Assembly (NCBI GenBank): GCA_039798785.1
Contig: JBDKFG010000021.1
Location: 1-64,000, forward strand
Direction of reading: 5' to 3'
DNA from: Verrucomicrobiota bacterium
GTDB taxonomy: Bacteria > Verrucomicrobiota > Lentisphaeria > Lentisphaerales > Lentisphaeraceae
DNA length: 64,000 bases
Below, piece after piece: positions 59,482 to 64,000 of this stretch (position 1 is the first letter of the stretch; each line of letters begins with the position of its first letter). The notes below the pieces were generated by a model. The model had not been told where the DNA came from. It saw nothing but the letters and a program-made list of their open reading frames with translations, and did not search any database. The position numbers and the translations under genes were made by a program.

Positions 59482-60870
59482 ATGGAGCCAAAGTCGCTTA
59501 AAGAAGTCAACCAGACGCTGAAAAGTCTCTACACCCGGGGTGCCGATGCTTTGAAACAAAGCAACTACGACTACGCCATCGATCTCTTCCGCACCTGCCT
59601 GAAGGACTGCCCGGAATTTGCCGACGCCCGCCGCGACCTCCGCAACGCGGTTTACGAAAAGACCGGCGGCGGCAAGGTCGGCGGCATGACCCAGGCCCTG
59701 GTCCAGACCAAATACACCCTCGCCATGATGAAAGCGCCCGGCATGCTCAAGAAAGAGCAGTTCGCCGAGGCGATGGACCTGGCCGAAGAGATCCTCTCCA
59801 AGGACCCCAACAACGTCGCCGGCCAGAAACTTCTCATCGATGCGGCTCTCGCCGCCGACATGCAGTGGATCGCCATCGACATGCTCGAGTTCTCCCTCAA
59901 GCTCAACCCGAAAAACGCCCCCAACGCCGAACAGCTCGTCGACCTGTACGTCGCCAACGGCCTCGGCAACAAGGCGGTCGACCTGGCTCAGAAGCTGGTC
60001 CGCGCCTACCCCGACAACGGCGCCTACCTGTCGCTCCTGAAAAACGCCGAAGCCAAATCGGCGATGGACAACACCGGCTGGGAGCAGCGCCAGAAGGCCC
60101 AGGGCAACCAGGCGGCGCAGCAGGAGATGCGCGACACCGGCCCGCGCGACGAAGAGTCCGCCGAGAAGCTGGTGGACCAGTACATCGCCCAGATCAACGC
60201 CGGACGCGACAACGTCGACATCCGCAAGAAACTCGCACGCGCCCTGCTCAAGCTCGAGCGTTATGACGAGGCCGTGGAGGTGCTGCAGAAGGCCCTCTCG
60301 ATGAGCAGCGCCATCGATCCGGCTCTGCAGAAGATGGTCTACCAGGCCGCCGAGGCCCGCTTCGACCACGCCATCACCGCCTGGGAGGATTACGGCCGCA
60401 AGGGCGCGGCGGAAAAGGCCCAGGCCGAAGGCGAGATCGAGGAGCTGCAGCGCCAGAAGTCCGACTTCATGCTCGAAAAGGCGCGCGAGCGCGTCGCTCT
60501 CTACGCCAACGATCCGACCGTCCACATGGACCTCGCACTCATTCTCTTCGACCGCCACGAGCTCGACGAGGCTCTCGCCGGCTTCCAGAAGGCCCAGAAT
60601 TCGCCTCGCCACCGCCGTAGCGCCCTCTTCTACAAAGGCCGCTGCTTCGCCCAGAAGAGTCAGCACGACATCGCGGTGCGGGAATTCCAGGCAGCCCTGG
60701 CGGAAAACCCCGAAGCCAACGAAAAGCTCGACATCATGTTCGAAATGGCCGGCTCCCTCGCCCGACTCAGCCGTGAACAGGAGAGCCGCGACCTATACAC
60801 CCTGATCTACCAGACCAACATCAACTACAAGAACATCCGCGACATCGTCGAACGTCAATACAGGAGCTGA
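59482..60870 (+). CDS. Tetratricopeptide repeat protein
   Basis: Multiple TPR-like helices (NYDYAIDLF, LARALLKLERYDEA, ALFYKGRCF). Confidence 0.85.
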   Translation: MEPKSLKEVNQTLKSLYTRGADALKQSNYDYAIDLFRTCLKDCPEFADARRDLRNAVYEKTGGGKVGGMTQALVQTKYTLAMMKAPGMLKKEQFAEAMDLAEEILSKDPNNVAGQKLLIDAALAADMQWIAIDMLEFSLKLNPKNAPNAEQLVDLYVANGLGNKAVDLAQKLVRAYPDNGAYLSLLKNAEAKSAMDNTGWEQRQKAQGNQAAQQEMRDTGPRDEESAEKLVDQYIAQINAGRDNVDIRKKLARALLKLERYDEAVEVLQKALSMSSAIDPALQKMVYQAAEARFDHAITAWEDYGRKGAAEKAQAEGEIEELQRQKSDFMLEKARERVALYANDPTVHMDLALILFDRHELDEALAGFQKAQNSPRHRRSALFYKGRCFAQKSQHDIAVREFQAALAENPEANEKLDIMFEMAGSLARLSREQESRDLYTLIYQTNINYKNIRDIVERQYRS

Positions 60871-60879
60871 TCCGGCCCC

Positions 60880-62283
60880 ATGGGGAAAGAAGCCAGACCT
60901 GAGCAGAAGCGGCGCCCCTTCGGCCTCCGCCTCCTCTCCTTGCTGGGGATGGACTTCCGCCAGGAAGAAGAAGCCCCCCGCGAGGCGCCCCTCGCCGATT
61001 TGAGCTCCGCCGGCACCCTGGCGATGGAGTCGCGCCCGCATGTCCCGGGCCGCACCATCCTCCCCGCCCGCCTCGGCGAACGCTACCAGGTGCAGCGCAT
61101 CCTCGGCAGCGGCGGCTACGGCACCGTCTTCCTCGTCCGCGACCTCGTCATCGGCCGCCTCGTCGCCCTCAAGCTCCTTCACCACGGCCTCAAGCCCGGC
61201 GGCATCGTCCACCGCCACTTCATCCAGGAAGCCCGCATCGCCGGCCAGCTCGACCACGAGAACATCGTCGTCATCTACACCGTCGAAAACGACGGAGACT
61301 GCACCGGCATCGTGATGGAATATCTGCCCGAGGGAAGTCTCGCCTCGCGCCTCGCCGAACGCGGCGCCCTCGCCGAGATCGAAGCCCTGCGAATCCTTCA
61401 CGGCGTCCTCTCCGGCCTCGCCGCCGCTCACCAGATCAAGGTCACCCACCGCGACATCAAGCCCGGCAACATCCTCTTCGACCCGAAGGGGCGCCCCAAG
61501 GTCTCGGACTTCGGCGTCGCTCACCTTCCCCGCGAAGAGGGCGGCGTCAGCGGCGACAGTGAATTCAAGCCGGTCGGCACCCCGGTCTACATGTCTCCCG
61601 AACAACTCCTCGGCGACCCCAATCTCGATGGACGCAGCGACCTCTGGTCCTGCGGCGTCATCCTCCACGAAATGCTCTGCGGCTCCCTGCCTTTCATCTA
61701 CAAGTCGAAGCCGACGGTGGAGGAGGCCCTGCAGGTGGTGATGACCCAGGATCCGGCCAACCCCCGCCTCAGCCGTCCGGAGATCGATCCCGCCACCGTC
61801 GAGCTGCTGGAGCGCCTCCTGGCGCGCCGGCCGGAACAGCGCTTCCAGTCGGCCCAGGAGGCCCTGCGCCTTCTCGAGCCCTTGATCAGCCGCATCAACC
61901 AGCCTCCTCCCAGCGCCTTCCCCGACCAGATCGTCACCTCGCCGGTCAGCCTCCTCGAAGACGTCATGCGCCTCCTTCTCGTCGACGGCATGATGTCGCC
62001 CCCGGAACGCCGCGAGATCATGCGCCGCGCCGCCCGCCTCGGCGTCCTGCCCGAAGTCGCCCGCGAGATCGAAGCCAAGATCCGCCGCGAGATGGGACTG
62101 CCCTCTCTCGACACCATCGAGGCCTATGAGACCGCGGTGCGCCTCCTTGCCGGCGACGGCGAGCTCGGCGACAGCGACCGCGCCGTCCTCGAAAGCACTT
62201 CGCGCAAGCTCGGCATCACCGACATCGAACGGAGCATGATCGACAAGGACGCGGTCCGGCGCGGCAAGGAAAAAGGAGGCTGA
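60880..62283 (+). CDS. Ser/Thr protein kinase with C-terminal TerB-like repeats
   Basis: GSGGYG, VALK, HRDIKPGN, DFG, GTPVYMSPE; LVDGMMSPPER and AGDGELGDSDR. Confidence 0.92.
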   Translation: MGKEARPEQKRRPFGLRLLSLLGMDFRQEEEAPREAPLADLSSAGTLAMESRPHVPGRTILPARLGERYQVQRILGSGGYGTVFLVRDLVIGRLVALKLLHHGLKPGGIVHRHFIQEARIAGQLDHENIVVIYTVENDGDCTGIVMEYLPEGSLASRLAERGALAEIEALRILHGVLSGLAAAHQIKVTHRDIKPGNILFDPKGRPKVSDFGVAHLPREEGGVSGDSEFKPVGTPVYMSPEQLLGDPNLDGRSDLWSCGVILHEMLCGSLPFIYKSKPTVEEALQVVMTQDPANPRLSRPEIDPATVELLERLLARRPEQRFQSAQEALRLLEPLISRINQPPPSAFPDQIVTSPVSLLEDVMRLLLVDGMMSPPERREIMRRAARLGVLPEVAREIEAKIRREMGLPSLDTIEAYETAVRLLAGDGELGDSDRAVLESTSRKLGITDIERSMIDKDAVRRGKEKGG

Positions 62284-62353
62284 GCGTCGTGATTGCCTTT
62301 CACGGCGCCAGCAGATCCTCCCCTCTCCTCAAAATCCAAACCCGGAGTTCCTG

Positions 62354-63082
62354 ATGAAGCTATTACGCGGCAAATGCCCCGGCTGCGGCGTCGCCTGCGA
62401 CGAGACGCCGGGGGAAATCGACCGCCAGGTCAACTGCCTGAGCTGCGGCCGGCTCCTGGAGATCCCCGCTCTCGCCAGCTCCCCCGAGCCCCCTTCTCGC
62501 CCAGCGGAGAAAAGCGCTCCGGCGCCGGCCAGCATCGACCTGGTCTTTTGGCTGTCGTGCGCCGTCCTGCTCCTCGTCCAGCTCTTTCCTCGCCTCTTCG
62601 ACCTGCTGATCTTCATCGCCTTTGCCGGCTTCGCCCTCGCCGTGCGTCAAAGCACCGAGAAGCCCGCCCCGGCCCCGCCTCCCTCACTCTGGGCCTCGAC
62701 CCTCGACCGCTGGCGCCTCTATCCAGGTGAGATCCTCGGCCTCCTGCCCGTCCTCGTCGCCGTTCTCACTCACAGCTTCGACGCGAGAGGTTCGATCCAG
62801 GCCTTCGCTTCGGTCCTCGCCCTTGCCCTCGTCTTCGTCCTCAGCCTCGCCTCCCGCCATCACTACGAGCTCAACCACGCCAGCCGCATCACCGTCCCCT
62901 TCCTCCACTTCGACTCGCTCCGGGCTCCGTGGAATTTCCAGCCGCCCCCAGCCCCCCCACCGGAAGAAGAGGCTCCGGCGCCGCGGCCGAAACGCGTCGA
63001 ATCTCTCGGCCAATACGCCAAGGAGGCGGATGAACGCTTCGAATCCTGGCTTATCGAGGAGACCCGGCGGCACGGACGCTGA
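62354..63082 (+). CDS. Zinc-ribbon membrane protein
   Basis: CPGC...CLSC; four hydrophobic segments. Confidence 0.7.
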   Translation: MKLLRGKCPGCGVACDETPGEIDRQVNCLSCGRLLEIPALASSPEPPSRPAEKSAPAPASIDLVFWLSCAVLLLVQLFPRLFDLLIFIAFAGFALAVRQSTEKPAPAPPPSLWASTLDRWRLYPGEILGLLPVLVAVLTHSFDARGSIQAFASVLALALVFVLSLASRHHYELNHASRITVPFLHFDSLRAPWNFQPPPAPPPEEEAPAPRPKRVESLGQYAKEADERFESWLIEETRRHGR

Positions 63083-63151
63083 ATTCCATCCGAAACTCCA
63101 GATCGGGGAATGGATCTGGCAAGGCCCAACTCCTTAAACGCTCCCAATCTC

Positions 63152-64000
63152 ATGAAAAACTTCGCACTCCTCGCCCTCCTCCTGCTCAGTTCCTGCGCCG
63201 CCGGCGAACGCCTGTCGAACCAAACCCCCTGGTCGGCGATCGAGGGGCAGCAGTCAAGCCTGCCGCTTTTCCCCCTCGCCTACAGCAGCCAGAACGGCAG
63301 CTCCGCCCTCTGGCCTCTGCTCGACTGGGACCGGCAAGGCTGGGCCCTGCGTCCGCTCGCCGCACGCCAGAACGACCGGACCGAACTGCTCTGGCCCTTC
63401 ATCAAATGGAGCCCCGGCCACTTCGCCTTCTCGCCGGTCTTTGAACGCCGCCACGACAGCAAAGGATGTGACTGGCGCCTCAGCCCCCTGATCGCCTGGG
63501 GCGACAGCGACGCCCATGTCTCCGATTGGCACGCCTTCCACCTCATGGGCTGGCAAAGACGCGGCGATGAAACCGCTTCCCACCTCCACCCCTTGTTCTG
63601 GCGCCGCCACGGCGGCGACGACGACTGGGAGGCCTCCTGCCTCCTCAACCTCGGCAAGGTCTGGAGCAACGGCGACAAATCCGGCTGGCACCTCTTCCCA
63701 CTGATCAAATACCGACGCTTCAGCCCGGCCGAACAGCCCCTGCCGGGCGGCCACGGCGACAGCTTCCTGCCCACCTGGAACGGCGCCGATTGCGGCGGCG
63801 TCGAAATCGACACCCTCATCTGGGATCACAAAAGCTCCTATTCCCTCTTCTGGCTCCCAGGCCAGCTCCACCGCGACGAGGAAAGGCTCCTCGCCGCCTG
63901 GTGGGCCGAACTCAGCCTCCAACCAAGCGACGGCGGCAAGCCCTTCGTCCCCGGCGACGCCAGCGTCGAACGCCTCCTCGTCCGTCACGGCGTGAAACCC
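63152..64000 (+). CDS. Putative lipoprotein (partial, runs off the window end)
   Basis: MKNFALLALLLLSSC lipobox; repeated (L)WP(L/F) motifs; frame open to the window end. Confidence 0.75.
   Translation, partial: MKNFALLALLLLSSCAAGERLSNQTPWSAIEGQQSSLPLFPLAYSSQNGSSALWPLLDWDRQGWALRPLAARQNDRTELLWPFIKWSPGHFAFSPVFERRHDSKGCDWRLSPLIAWGDSDAHVSDWHAFHLMGWQRRGDETASHLHPLFWRRHGGDDDWEASCLLNLGKVWSNGDKSGWHLFPLIKYRRFSPAEQPLPGGHGDSFLPTWNGADCGGVEIDTLIWDHKSSYSLFWLPGQLHRDEERLLAAWWAELSLQPSDGGKPFVPGDASVERLLVRHGVKP

Overview
GC-rich bacterial chromosome segment. The gene families (prepilin-type 'FTLLELL' protein, ECF sigma/Ser-Thr kinase pair, tandem trypsin-PDZ lipoprotein, lpxB) point to the PVC superphylum, probably Lentisphaerota (inference, no database search). 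Most of it is housekeeping or metabolic: malic enzyme, djlA-like, lpxB, two RluA-family synthases, hslO, AlkB-like, folD, pcnB, dacA, hom, hutU/hutH, and a flagellar cluster fliW-fliC-flgB-flgC-fliE with sigma54-type promoters. Small low-GC accessory genes are interspersed. No rRNA, tRNA, CRISPR array or transposase was seen. Main observations: (1) the rtcB2-prfH ribosome-repair operon has no canonical start codon for rtcB (probable AUU start) and is preceded by a promoter, an unannotated 19-aa leader ORF and mutually exclusive RNA helices, one covering the rtcB Shine-Dalgarno, which suggests a translational attenuator; (2) a four-helix-bundle gene sits between hutU and hutH inside ~70-bp inverted arms of heptamer repeats, and similar empty arm pairs occur at other gene junctions; (3) a 2013-aa secreted alpha-2-macroglobulin-like protein with a hairpin-buried RBS lies next to an EccC/EssC-like FtsK ATPase; (4) two small proteins are missed by the ORF track; (5) there is a bacterial cystatin and several catalytically degenerate folds.
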